A DNA stretch of 64,000 bases from Octopus sinensis (GCF_006345805.1 NC_043016.1:22568001-22632000), one strand, 5' to 3'. Numbered from the stretch's first letter, positions 10,861 through 23,816 are shown. A program made the numbers and translations. Notes: generated by a model not told the origin, from the sequence alone.

Positions 10861-12439
10861 TCTGGTGTCATGAGTGACTCATACAGAGACAAACTGGGCA
10901 TATCGAATAATTTTTCTGACTCCAATGAGTCATGCAGTAGATGGCCAACGCCGAACAAACAATTTTTGGAGCTAATACCTCACAGAAACATTGGCTTTAC
11001 ACCACAAATATTTCACAGTTCAACAATAATTCCCCTTCACGGGGGAATTCACAATAAGTTGTTTTCAAAAGCAATAAACAGTTTTTAACAAGCAAATAAC
11101 AAAGTACTCCAATAAATCTTCAAAAATGGTTCGCTTCAGTTTCAAATAGCGCAGTAAAATATAACTCCAGAACACACACATACACAAAAGCACGTCTCCT
11201 CTCAGATCAGCGTCAAGTTCTTTTGTTTCTTTTTGAATGCACGGAACGATGTCCACATCACACAGACGTTAAGCTGAACATATTTTCTTTTTTGCATTCA
11301 GAACAACGCGCAAGAGCAGCCAGGAAAGCATTTGTAGAAAGGCGAAAACTTTTCCGTTCTTCTGTTTCGGACGACCTAGCAAGTGCATTTTGAATGACAT
11401 TTTGTGACAGTCTAACGGCAGTCTCAAAGAACGACTCATTAGTTCTCCTTTGTTTTGAGGCTGAAAAGTGGTCTGCATGACGACTAAGACGTGGCCTTTT
11501 CTTAGGAAGCATGGCGGTAGTAATGTGTTATTAAAAAAGCATGTAGCAAAACGAACACAAAGAGAACGACTAATTAAATACGTATTTGAATGGAAATAGT
11601 TAATTGAGCAAAGTAGTAGCTACATTTTGAAGCAGTCAGTACCAAGTGAATACAAGAATGTAACTCAAATGGCATTTCAAACCTGTAGGCCATTGCACAT
11701 CAAAGTTATGCACAAAAAGCAATAACAATGATGACATGACGCGTATGTGAACAGGTGAGCAGCGTTCCACCAACAAGGTCTTGTCGTAAACATGATTGGA
11801 TCAATTACTGAGGATCTCACGCACAGGTCAAAAGGCCATGCTCGAAAATCACACTATGGGCATAATGGCGCACGTGTGTGTTCAAGTGTGGAAAAGGGGG
11901 AAGGCGTGAATTGGGCGTGTGCACTTAAAAGGGGGAGTGGTGGACATTGTTTTGTGTGATTACTTAAAAGTGAAAAATTGGAGGGCATGGGCGAGGGTGC
12001 AGTCGAGGGTGTAAGGTTGACACATTTCACACCACGAGCTTATGGTACTTATAAAGGGTGTGGACATTTGGGCGTGTATGTATCATGTGTATGCTAAAAA
12101 GTGTAAAATCTTTTCTCCTGTGCAAATTTTGCTTTTTTTTTTTGCAAAACGCAGGTGGGGTCCCTTCAGTTTTATTGATTTTTCTCCTAGAAGGGGCTAT
12201 CCCTAGGCATCGGTAATTTCCCATTTAATAAAAACTTTTTTATGAAAATCAGATGAAAAATGTGGAAATGCATAAAAAGCATACACATACACACACATTT
12301 TGAGTTAAGGCACCAATATTTACTTGAAAATAGTAATCGATACAAATACGATGCTATTGTATAGCTTCACTGCGTATATACTAGCAAAGACGTGTGTGTG
12401 CAACAAACATGAAAAATTTGTCTTACCTCTAGGAAGAAC

Positions 12440-13690
12440 ATTCGATAAATGGACAACCTAGAATCGATTAATGCAGGACCGGTTTCTGATTCTTCAAATA
12501 CGTTTGACAACATAAATTTGATCGGTCTTCATACAACTATGTAATCCATTTCTCCCGTTTTATCTTGTTGACATCATTTATCGCCATCTTTTGTTTTCTG
12601 TGACTTATTCTCCTCTCCGGTTTTCCCGTTTTTTCCTCCTCCTCCTCCTTGTTGGTTTCTATACATTTTTTTAAGGGGAGAGACATCCACTTTTTTTGTC
12701 TTTTTTACCTTTTAGCAGTCTGACCTTACGTGTCCCTTCTCGCCACACTTAAAACACTTCGGTCTTCGACCTTCCACCGAAACACGGGCACTTAGTCCCT
12801 CCACTATAAAGATTCGATCTGGCCTTGAATCCAGAACCTCATTTGAGGCCAGTACGACAATTTCCAGGGTTTGACCTTTCAAATTAATGGTTTCCTCCTT
12901 CTCATTTGTAGTATAGTTATTTCCTCTTCGGCGTCACAGATAACCGCAGCTGCTAGCCATGACGCCTCGTACCCGATTGGTATCTCCTCTATCGTAATTT
13001 TTGCTGTCCTCCTTCCTAAATATGTCGGAAGGAGGATTATTTCGTCATTACTTAATGTTTGAGTTGATAACTGCTTTGCCGTTTCGGCATCTTTAAAATG
13101 CGCCTCCACTGTAGCGCTTCTCACTCCTTTTCCTATGTACACAACTTTGTCCCATATGGGCGCCAGACACTTTTCCACTGTTTCATTTTTTTGTAGGCAT
13201 TATTTTCTTTTCCTTTTTGCTGTAAATTTTATAGACCACCATTTTAGATGCCAGGCTTTGTATAGTCTCTTGTGGTGGCAAGAGTCTAGTGTCACTTCCC
13301 GACTTTTTTATTAGATTTCTGAATTTAAACAGTTGTTCCTTTCCATAAAGTTCCATAAAGTTGCCTCCAATGGCTACTGAAAAACTTGGTTTTTCACTTT
13401 CATTTGTTTCAACACTTCCCTGCATTGAGGGAAATTCTTATTTGATTTTAAATGAAATTCCATTTTTTGATACAGTATTGTCTTTACAGACAACAACGTA
13501 AAAAAACACACACACACACACCTTCTGTCACGAATGACAAAAGTAGAAAAAAATTTTTCACCCTGTATCGGGCAAAGTTCACATTAATTAACAATTTTCT
13601 GCCCCGTAGGGCGAAAACGCCGTTGTAACGATGTCGAACGTTTGATTCACACAGGAATCCACAAAACGGTATAACGATTAACAAAAATCA
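12440..13690 (-). mobile_element. L1/Tx1-type element copy D: 5' leader and degraded ORF1, no ORF2
   Basis: ORF pieces 13183-13425 and 12879-13178 (LLPTYLGRRTAKITIEE...SWLAAAVICD), knuckle EGRRPKCFKCGEKGHVRSDC at about 12715-12780, ATG near 13463. Confidence 0.82.
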
Positions 13691-14099
13691 CCAACTGAAA
13701 AATAAGACTCACACTAGCAAAGATTCCAGCAGCAAACGATGTAGTGATGAGAGGCAAAAGTCAATGACGTGAATGGCTCTAAGTCTAATTGACTAAAAAG
13801 CAAAGCGTAGGGTTAGCAAGCTGTTTTATTAATGGAACGTTAGACATTCTAGAAACTTCCAAGAGAAACGCTAAGTTTCTTGAATAATTAAGAATCACGT
13901 CTCATGACACAGATGCTTCGAGAAACTTAGTAAAGGGAGGTTACTCTATAATCTTTCTTGCAAGGGAGATCATTCACCTATTTAGCCACATAGACCACTA
14001 CATTCTGAAGGCTAGCCTCTGCTTGTTTTGCTCTTCAAGCTTTCTAATTGGCTTTGCTCGGTGCTGTTGTTGGTTTTCATATTGTGCATGGGCAGCTTA

Positions 14100-14500
14100 T
14101 CTAGTAGCATTTTACTGAAAGCGAACCTGTCATTCATCAGGTATCTTTAGTTGTCTATGGGTAGCATGACTGGTAGCTTTCTTTTTACGGCGACTGTCAC
14201 GTTCATTATCATCCTCAAATTTTGTTGAAGCTGTATTCCTAGTTTTCAAGTAAATTGAGTTTGGTATGTACTACATTTTTTCCATCATGTTTTTCAGTTT
14301 CCTGGGTATCATCGTTTGGCGTTGTTTTAATCACAATTTTTATGTCGTCGACATATTGAGAATATATTACCACAGGTATGGATTTCTCCATTAATTATCG
14401 TTTGAGCTGCCTCATCCTTCATACCATGAAAAGACTTATGCCTCCAGCGATCTCGACTTTGACAGAAGCACCATCTCTCCTGAATGTTTGGTTTATTATA
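14100..14500 (-). pseudogene. Reverse transcriptase fragment, probably Penelope-like
   Basis: Manual translation gives EIAGGISLFMV*RMRQLKR*LMEKSIPVVIYSQYVDDIKIVIK, with YVDD at 14344-14355. Frame broken by stops. Confidence 0.55.
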
Positions 14501-17500
14501 AATATGTGGCCATTTAGTGTCGTTTTTATGTATGTACCAGCATGTCTTATATCGTTGCAGTCCCTTGGAGTATGGTTGGTTTACCACTCTGTTCCATCCA
14601 AAATTCATTGATAATAGTGGATTGTCCATTTTGTTCTGGCCCTCTATAGTAAACTGCTTTTAGGTCTTGTTTGTGTGGCTATACATTAGCACTTGTAAGT
14701 TTTATAAGACCTGGCTCATTGGTAATGACATTGTGAATCATTACTGCACTCTCATAATTCATCTTCACACACTTTTCTATACAAATATCAGTAATGATTG
14801 ATTGATACAATCAGTACGTGCTTCGTTTAATGGAATATGCAAGATCATAGGTGTGGTTGCTGTCAGTGATTCTACTGAAAAGCTTTCCAACACCATCGTA
14901 AACTCCAGAAGTATCTCTGTTAGTGAACGGACTACAAACAACTTTCAGACCACCACCAATGACGTATTTACATAATATGTAATTAGGAATGATGACAAAC
15001 CTTCCGAATGCCATTGTGAACTCTCAACTGAACCTGCCCGACATATTTTCTCAGAATAATTATACGGTATAATATGAAGACCAACCTGAATCATTTGACT
15101 TGTTTTGTAGTAACTCTTGCACAATAATAAATTTTGTAATATCTTACATAATGTGGTTGCTTACGAGCTTTGGACCAAGACGAGTATCTTTTTTAGTGGA
15201 AGATTTCTCTCTTGGCAAGTTAGTGCGGCACATGTTGTAGTGAAACATTGTATATACGAACATATACAATAAGGCTAGAGATACAATGTTACAAGGCAAA
15301 AGGATATGTCACATTTTCACTACAAAATTATTAAAGGTATTGCCAATTATATTGGATCTCTCTATATCACTGGTTTGTAGATTATTGTTCCTGCAAAAAG
15401 GAAAAACCAAGTCTACTCTAGTGAGATTTGTAGTCAGAATGTCGAGAGATGTTACAAAATGCTACAAAGATACTTAGTCCATTTGCATTATTAGTTAGAT
15501 ATAGGGTCACATATTTATGTGGAATTTTAAACTATTTAAATCGTTTAGTATATGACTGGTATATACTGACCTTAAATGTATGAAATTTGAACTCAGAACA
15601 TGAAGATATATAAAATATAACGAGGCATTTTTTACTCTGTCTATTGTGTTACCTCACTGTTATCAGAACTAATATATCTAATGTAAGAATCATTGACTTC
15701 ACATATTTCATGTTTGGATGCAAATTCGACTATGATATTGGTTATCTGAGGTTTGTGAATTGTTGATGGAAAAGAGGCTTTTGGGTTTTTGTAATATCTC
15801 TTAATTGTAACATGTAAAATGTTCTATTCTTTCAAATATACTATACTGGTATAGTATAAATCGACGATTTCGAGAATGAGCATTCAGTTGTTCGATTAAT
15901 TAACTAAAGACTCGCTCACTTTGCGTGTAAGTGGTTGAGTATTTCACAGACATGTTCATTTGACTGGTTTCCACGCAATTTCCTTCTATCCAATTTAACT
16001 AAAATGTCTCCAGTCGACCAGAGGTAATCATAAAGACACTTGGTCAAAAGGACACGCCGTGGATCGAATCAAAGAGCGTTTCATTGCAAACTGAATTGCT
16101 TAGCTCATCAATCATACCTGAGTTAAAAATGCTTGAATATCAATAGGGTCGCTTAATGTTCATTCAAATATAAACCAAGCATAACAGATTCTATAGAATA
16201 AAGCAACACTAGTGAACAACAGATATTCAAATAAATTTAACACGAATTAAATATATGCAAAAGCCGTAAAACTTTTTCTCTCCTAAACATCAAACTAGTG
16301 CACCCAGACTGCAGAATAGTATTCATGTTACCAAAAAAAAAAAAAAGAAAAAAACTCAATATAGAAGAAAACATCATTCAGTATGCAAAATTATCGACCA
16401 ATTTTTATCAATATATTACAAAAACACTAAAATTAACTTTTCTATCAACAACTAATCACAAGCTTATAGACTGAATAAACTTTGTAATGCAATGAGGAAG
16501 TAACTCTAACAGTTATATTTTCCGTCAGTTGACCAAACATATATTTGCAACACTGGAAAACAGTATAAAACAAACCTTGACAGGAATACATTAGTTGTCA
16601 ATAAAACGTTTCTAAACAGAATTTCATCCAAACCTGATTTATAATGTATATTTTTATTTTCCGAATTTGTAGATTAGCTGACATTATAGAAGTTATCTTC
16701 GTTGTTTATTGTTGTGTAGATTTTAAACACACCTAGGAGACTTTTTGTCTACTGATTTCATAAGCAGTTAAAGTTTATTGAAATTCTTTAGCTTATTGCA
16801 AATTATGTGTGAGATTACTTAATTTGTATTTAGCATGCAGAATGCTCACTTCCGTCAGCTTTATTGTTGATGTTAATAATTAGTATAATTACGATACATA
16901 TGTGTGTGTGTATGTGTGTATGTATTTATGTATGTGCGCGTGCGCGCAAGTCTTGCCAAACGAGTAGAATGTTTTGCTGAAGAGTTCTAATAAAAACGAA
17001 AAGTGTCTTGATTTTGCAAGTTAGGCTTAAAAAAGAATGTCACTACCATCTGCATTAATTTTTATTTTCCAAAATTTCACTTAGCTCATATTATTAGTTT
17101 TTTTTCCTTGATAGTTTTTAGATTCTAACCTCCATACTGACGTAAATTTAGTCTATGAATTTCATAGATAACCTCAATTGATCGAAGTTTTTCAACTCAT
17201 TATAATTATATTACATATGTGAGATCCTTCCGTACATAGAACTCTTCTCTGGAGTACTTTCCTTCAGACTTATTATTAATAGTCCTGATGTATATTAACA
17301 GCTAGGACCACCTAAAATTTGCAAAATTATAACAAACACTATCCAAAATTCCAAAACAAAACAATTTCCTCCAAAAGGTAATAACCACGAAAAGAAAGAA
17401 AAAAACTCGATTGTTCTATGAATAGTGATGTTGAATACAAACTGCAAAGGTCTGCTGAGAAAACGAGCAATTCTCAACAAAAAAGATAAAAGTCATGTTT

Positions 17501-18015
17501 TTTTTAATGTTTTAATGAAGTGATGTAACTTATACTATCTCTATCCAACTCTCTTACATGATTTTTCTTTCAAAGAACAAGAAGGTGAAACATTTTATTT
17601 TATTTATTTGTAAAGCATTTGCAAATTTCTTGGTGTTTTTCACAGATATTTTTCTAATAAAATGAAAATATACCATTTTAAAAAGTTCAATGTTTTACTG
17701 ATATTACAAAGAATTTGTAAAAAAAAAAGTGATTTATAAAAAGAAATGAATTGAATAAAGACGTCATTGTATTATATTTTACTGTGTTGAACTCTGAATT
17801 CTTGTAGATCAAGTCAGTTATTTTGAAATAGATGAAACTATCAAATAATTTTTTAAAGGACTATATATATGCACATTATTTACATTTGACGGATATTTGT
17901 CCTCATCTTGTTTGTTGTTAACACAATGTTTCAGCTTTCATCAGGTGTCTTGGGGAAATTTCGAATCTGATTTCTCATCTGATTACACATATATATATAT
18001 ACATACATATATACA

Positions 18016-18046
<31 letters not shown>

Positions 18047-18048
18047 AT

Positions 18049-18127
<79 letters not shown>

Positions 18128-18159
18128 TATATACATATATATACATATATGTATATATA

Positions 18160-18229
<70 letters not shown>

Positions 18230-19139
18230 CATACATTTATATGCACCTACCCATCCACTCGCAAGCAACTACCTATCTACTCAGGCATATACGTACTTGA
18301 ATATGTAGATGTAGAAATTGAGAATGGTTGATGAAGATTTTGGCAAAAGACGTAGAAAAGGAGTGAAGATAAGTTGTGAAAAAAAAAAAAGCAAAAACAA
18401 TAAAAAACGCTAAAATGTTTGAAATACATTTTTAGACAATTAGATAAATAAAGGCCATAAATAATGTGAGATTGTAAGTTAGAATGGATTATGAAATCGA
18501 GGGCGGCGAAATGGCAAAGTAGATGCGAATAAGCTATCTTTTATATCTACCTACATGATATATGTGCGACCTAAGCACACACTTTTACAAGCACCTATCT
18601 AAACATGTATGTATGATGGACGTATGTATAATCGTGTGTGTGTGTGTATGCTCCCATATATGTGTACACATGTACAAGCATACCAACACGCTCATGCACA
18701 CAAGCACACATGAATATGTTTCTCTTGTAGAAGGTACCCTTGGACAAATTTCCAATGTCATTATTTTCATTTGCTTAATCAGTGAATGTTCACACACACA
18801 CACAGGTTCGGAAAGTTTGTCAGCCATTAATTGGACTATGCTTGGCTAAGGTGTCCCCAATTAACGAGCATCTTGAGTAGCTAGTATTATTACCATGCAT
18901 GTCAGGTAACAGAATTATATTTTATTACGGGATATGCACGTTTAATTTTTGTTTGGTTGGAATTTTAGAATTCTTTCCTTCCATCCTTCTGATAACAAAA
19001 AATAACTTGAGTTATCGTAAAAAGAGGCTTGCTCAAGATACGCGCACAGTAGGACTGAAACAAAAATAATTGGTTGTGAAGCGAATGTCTTAACCATGTA
19101 GCCATACCAGTGCTTGTGATTCGTGATATATTCCTTTAT

Positions 19140-19485
19140 TCTTTCACTTGTTTCTGTTATTTGACTGTGGCCATGCTAGAGCACCGCCTTGAAGTGTTTT
19201 AGTCGAACAAATCGACCCCAGGACTTATTTCTTAAGCCTAGTACTTATTCTATCGGTCTCTTTTGTCGAACCTGTAAGATACGGGACGTAAGCACACCAA
19301 CACCAATTGTCAAGCGGTAGTGGGAGGATACACACTTTCATTAAGGGCTTCTTCCAGTTCCTGCCTACCAAATTCGCTCCCAAAGCTTTTGTTGGCCCGA
19401 GGATATAACAGAAGATACTTGACCAAGGTGTCACGCAGTGGGACTGAACTTGGAACCATGTGCTTGGAAAGCAAGCGTCTTACAC
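19140..19485 (-). mobile_element. tRNA-type SINE, family A
   Basis: Homologous to the 20607-20965 copy (ggttcagtcccactgcgtg.caccttgg.caag...gctccagcatggccgcagtcaaatgactgaaacaag). Confidence 0.8.
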
Positions 19486-19519
19486 ACACATACGCACGCA
19501 CACACACGCACACATACAT

Positions 19520-19730
19520 AGCTGTGTGGTAAGTAGCTTGCTTACGAACCACATGGTTCCCCCAACATCGCTTGACAACCGATGCTGGCGTGTTTGTCCC
19601 CGTCACAGCGGTTCGACAAAAAAACCCACGATAGAATAAGTACTAAACTTACAAAAAATAAGTCCTGGGGTCGATTTGCTTGTCTAAAGGCGGTGCTCCA
19701 GCATGGCCGCAGTCAAATGACTGAAACAAG
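19520..19730 (+). mobile_element. SINE family A, internally deleted
   Basis: Head gctgtgtggtaagtagcttgcttacgaaccacatggttcc is joined directly to the 3' half. Confidence 0.8.
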
Positions 19731-19899
19731 TATACACACACACACACACACACACACAAGTATAAATAGATTCGATTGACAATCCAATAATTGTGTGTGT
19801 GTGTGTATATATATTTATATATTAATAAATAAAATAAACATGCATATATATAAACATATATGTACGTACCTACCTCTACATGTATATATACACGCATAT

Positions 19900-20160
19900 A
19901 TGAGTATGGGACACCAAAAGGACGTCGAACACAATGAGAAACGAAAACATAGACACAAACCAAAGGAACTGGACATTTTTAAACAACAAAAAATAGAGTA
20001 CAGGACAATTAACACAAAGAAAAAAACCCCTTCTTCAGTCGCTATGGTTTCATCTACTCTACGTTTCGAAGGTGAAAGCGAGACGTATCTTCGACAAGAA
20101 ACTTTCCTTCCTGCGAAAAGCAAATCAATTAAATTCTGAGATCTTTTCGCAGAGGGGTAA
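19900..20160. repeat. Dispersed repeat with hammerhead-like core words; opposite-orientation homologue at about 36220-36450, shorter relatives near 50460 and 60700
   Basis: ggacacca.aa..gacgt.gaac.caa.gagaaacgaaaac...ccccttc.tcag aligns between 19905-20038 and the reverse complement of 36316-36450. Confidence 0.7.
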
Positions 20161-20606
20161 AAAATGGTAACAAAAACAGGACAGTAACGACAGTACAAAT
20201 TATAAACAGTAAAAGACAGGATAAGGAAAAACAAGATAAGAAGGGCTGTTAACGCCGAACGAAAAAAAGTATTGCGAACGCGGATTTTTTTTATGAACGA
20301 CGAGCGGAGCAAAAAGAAGTGTCGTCCATACCTTGAGAGGGCCAGGCCAGAAAGACAGCAACGGAAGTCTCGTCGCGGGTCAACGACGGGAGGGGGAAGG
20401 AGGAGCAAGAGAAAGGGAGAGAAGAAGGGGAATGGCTGCGAGGAAACCATATATATACACGCAGATACACACAAAGTGTGTTAGAAGCAGTTCAATAATG
20501 TAAATGAATACCGCATTCTTAATCGATGTTTGTTGTTAAACACAGAGCTGCAATTTTTCATCTGAGAAAATTCCTTTAAAGACATATAGTGTTAAAATAC
20601 ACACTA

Positions 20607-20965
20607 GGCGCAGGAGTGGCTGTGTGGTAAGTAGCTTGTTTACCAACCACATGGTTCCGGGTTCAGTCCCACTGCGTGGCACCTTGGGCAAGTGTCTTCT
20701 ACTATAGCCTCTGGCCGACCAAAGCCTTGTGAGTGGATTTGAAAGAAGACCGTCGTATATATGTACATATATATATATATGCGTGCGTGTGTTTGTGTGT
20801 CTGTGTTTGTCCCCCTAGCATTGCTTGAGCTATCGTAAACCGATGCTGGTGTGTTTATGTCCCCGTTACTGTTGTTTATGTCCCCGATAGAATAAGAACT
20901 GGGCTTACAAAAGAATAAGTCCCGGGGTCGATTTGCTCGATTAAAAGGCGGTGCTCCAGCAGTAA
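20607..20965 (+). mobile_element. SINE family A, near full length
   Basis: tRNA-like head with B-box-like ggttcagtcc, central (TA)/(TG) tract and the conserved 3' half. Confidence 0.85.
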
Positions 20966-21927
20966 AAGAAGCTGCGAAACTGTTCCAGTGAACGAGAGCA
21001 GCAAAATAGGTATTTCTTGGCATTTAACAACACACATACTTATTATATGTGATCGCACAATAAAATTAAACTATGTAGTTTAATTTTATTACACTTCAAA
21101 CTAGCGATTTCGATTTCCTTTCAGAATTGAGGCAAGTATGCAGAAGTGATTAGCTGTAAATTACTGCGAAATACCAGTGTTTGCCGCATTTGTTCCGGGA
21201 CGGTTTCATTTGGCTTAGTTCTGAAGTACGCGATATTCATAATGTTTACATATATGTTAAATATATGTTCATAATGTTAAATATATGTATATTGTCAAGG
21301 CAATGAGCATAAAGAATAAGACATGTGAGATACAGGTTTTAATGAATATTATTTTAGCTTAATGATTAAAAAGGAAGGGAAAGTGTCTTAATGTTTCGGA
21401 CGCAATTCCTTAGCAGAAGAAAAGTGAAAGTAAAAAGGTGCAAGTGTGAGGTAAAGGGGAAGGAGAGGGGAATGTTGGATGGTGGTGTTAGAAACTATAT
21501 AGGGGTATGGGTGTGAGATGCTGTGATGTGAAGAAGAAAATTGTGAGCAAAGAGCTAGTGAGTACAATATAAGTCGGTGCGAAAAAAAAAAAAAAATGAG
21601 GGACGTGGAGGGATAAGCGGAATGCGACAGAGGTGGACAAAAGGCGTTTAAACGGAAGTGAGGACAGACAGGAAGAAAGAAAACTAAAAGCAAAAACAAA
21701 ATCTTTAATTAGTAAAATGAAAACAAATACGAACAAGTGAGATCAGAGAGATAAGAGAAGTGGAAGAAAACAGAAGAATTGAAGGAAAGTTATTTACAAA
21801 AGGAAGAAGTAGTACTCATATTTAAGAATAGAGAGATAAAATTTATTGGCAGCTGAAACTTCTTCAATCGTAACTCCAGTGTAACGATTTGTGAAGTTTT
21901 ACCACGTGCGCGTGTGCGCACACATTC

Positions 21928-21971
<44 letters not shown>

Positions 21972-22079
21972 TTTGTATCCGAGAATGTATATCTGCTGCA
22001 TGTATGTTTGTATGTATGCGTTTATGTTTGCAAGTATGTATATAAGCGATGGTGAAAACAGAAAGAATTCGAAAAATAT

Positions 22080-22222
22080 TATTTTCTACTCTAGGCACAA
22101 GGCCCGAAACCTTGCGGGAGGAGACCAGTCGATTAGATCGACCCCAAGTACGCAACCAGTACTTAATTTACGAACCCCGAAAGGATGAAAGGCAAAATCG
22201 ATCCCAGCGGAATTTGAACTCA
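22080..22222 (-). mobile_element. SINE family B, partial
   Basis: Core ccccgaaaggatgaaaggcaaa...cggaatttgaactc, shared with 27296-27514 and 32512-32668. Confidence 0.75.
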
Positions 22223-22581
22223 CCGACTCATATTAAACTAGATATTAAGTCACTACTGATGTTAATAAACCCACTCCCCAAAACATACAAGCATGCACGG
22301 TATATCTGTATGGGTGTGAACGAGTGCGTATGTATATGTCTATATGTGTATTTGTTACAGTATGTGTGCATGTGTCTGTATAAAGTACTTACACGTTAAA
22401 TGCACAGCGAGTACGTATGAGAATGTGTGATTGTATGTGCGTGTGTTAGAATGCGTATGTGTGCGATGAAAGCACATCCAGACATAACAATCTTTCTTGT
22501 GAACATCTGGCTAAAACAAACAAAAAATATAAAACTTCAATACATGCACTATGTATATATATAATATAAACACATACATGC

Positions 22582-22652
<71 letters not shown>

Positions 22653-23025
22653 CATACATACATACATACATACATACATAGGTGTATGTGTGTAAATGTA
22701 TATATTAATCATAAAATAATAATAAAAATAATATATATATATATATACGTTTAAATATTTGTTGGCTAAACTGGCAAAATTACCATTCCGAAATATAACA
22801 ATATATATATATATATAATTTATAGAAAAACAAAAGACGAAGACAAGTGTATGAACAACAAGCAGGTATATTAGTTTACAGATGTATGTGTGTGTGTGTA
22901 AATTCACAAACAGAAGCAGTACTCAGTATCGGAGGTAGAGAGAATATAATTTATTGGGATGCTGAAACTTCTCAAATCGTTAAACTCCCAGTGTAACGAT
23001 TTGTAAAGTTTCACCACTCCCAACC

Positions 23026-23057
<32 letters not shown>

Positions 23058-23282
23058 GAGGGAGAGAGAGAGAGAGAGAGAGAGGAGAGAGGAGAGATGA
23101 GAGAGAGAGAGAGAGAGAGAAAATACTCAGAAATGGTAACATAAGCATTTAAGAAGCAGTAATATAGCGAAAACTACAAAAGTAACATCACCATCTCCGA
23201 CATCAGCTAAGAAAGCAAACAAACGCTTCACAAGAATAACAGCCACACACACACGCACACACGCACACACGCACACACGCAC

Positions 23283-23334
<52 letters not shown>

Positions 23335-23816
23335 TGCAGCACCAACCTTAATTGCGCGTGCTGGGCAATTGTGTAACTTAACAAACACTAAGAAAACTAA
23401 ATATACGATAAATAAAGGAATTAAAACATCTTCCTTCCTTCTCAGAACAAAAAGTAAATAAATGAATAATGAAGTCAAAGAGAAATAAAAAAAAAATATA
23501 TATATATTACGAAAATATATAAAAGAAAAAAAAAGAGGTAAAATAGAAAGGAACGAAACATTTTCCTTTACTAGTAATGATTAATTTCTGTGAGTTTCGA
23601 AGCGTTGTGAAGCTGGTGAACATTCAACTAAAACCTTCTTCTCTGACAACATTTACATTAACGACGTAAGCTTACACGGGACCATCGACATCGACACGAC
23701 TTTAAAGAAAGAAATTCTACGTGGTCAGTAGGTCTGTTTGAAATAACAGTTTAAACATCTGTTCAATCACACTCGTGTGTGTGTGTGTACATACACATAC
23801 ATACATACATACATCA

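Noticed and set aside
1-13690. Telomeric retrotransposon array (HeT-A/TART-like)
   Set aside because: No TTAGGG or other telomeric repeat is visible, and the copies are decayed and mixed with other DNA.
17225-17290. Possible minus-strand exon (TINNKSEGKYSREEFYVRKDLTY)
   Set aside because: Weak splice sites, no partner exons and no recognisable homology.
17920-17949. Second hammerhead copy
   Set aside because: Stem II is deleted and CGTT has changed to CATT, so it is not credible as active.
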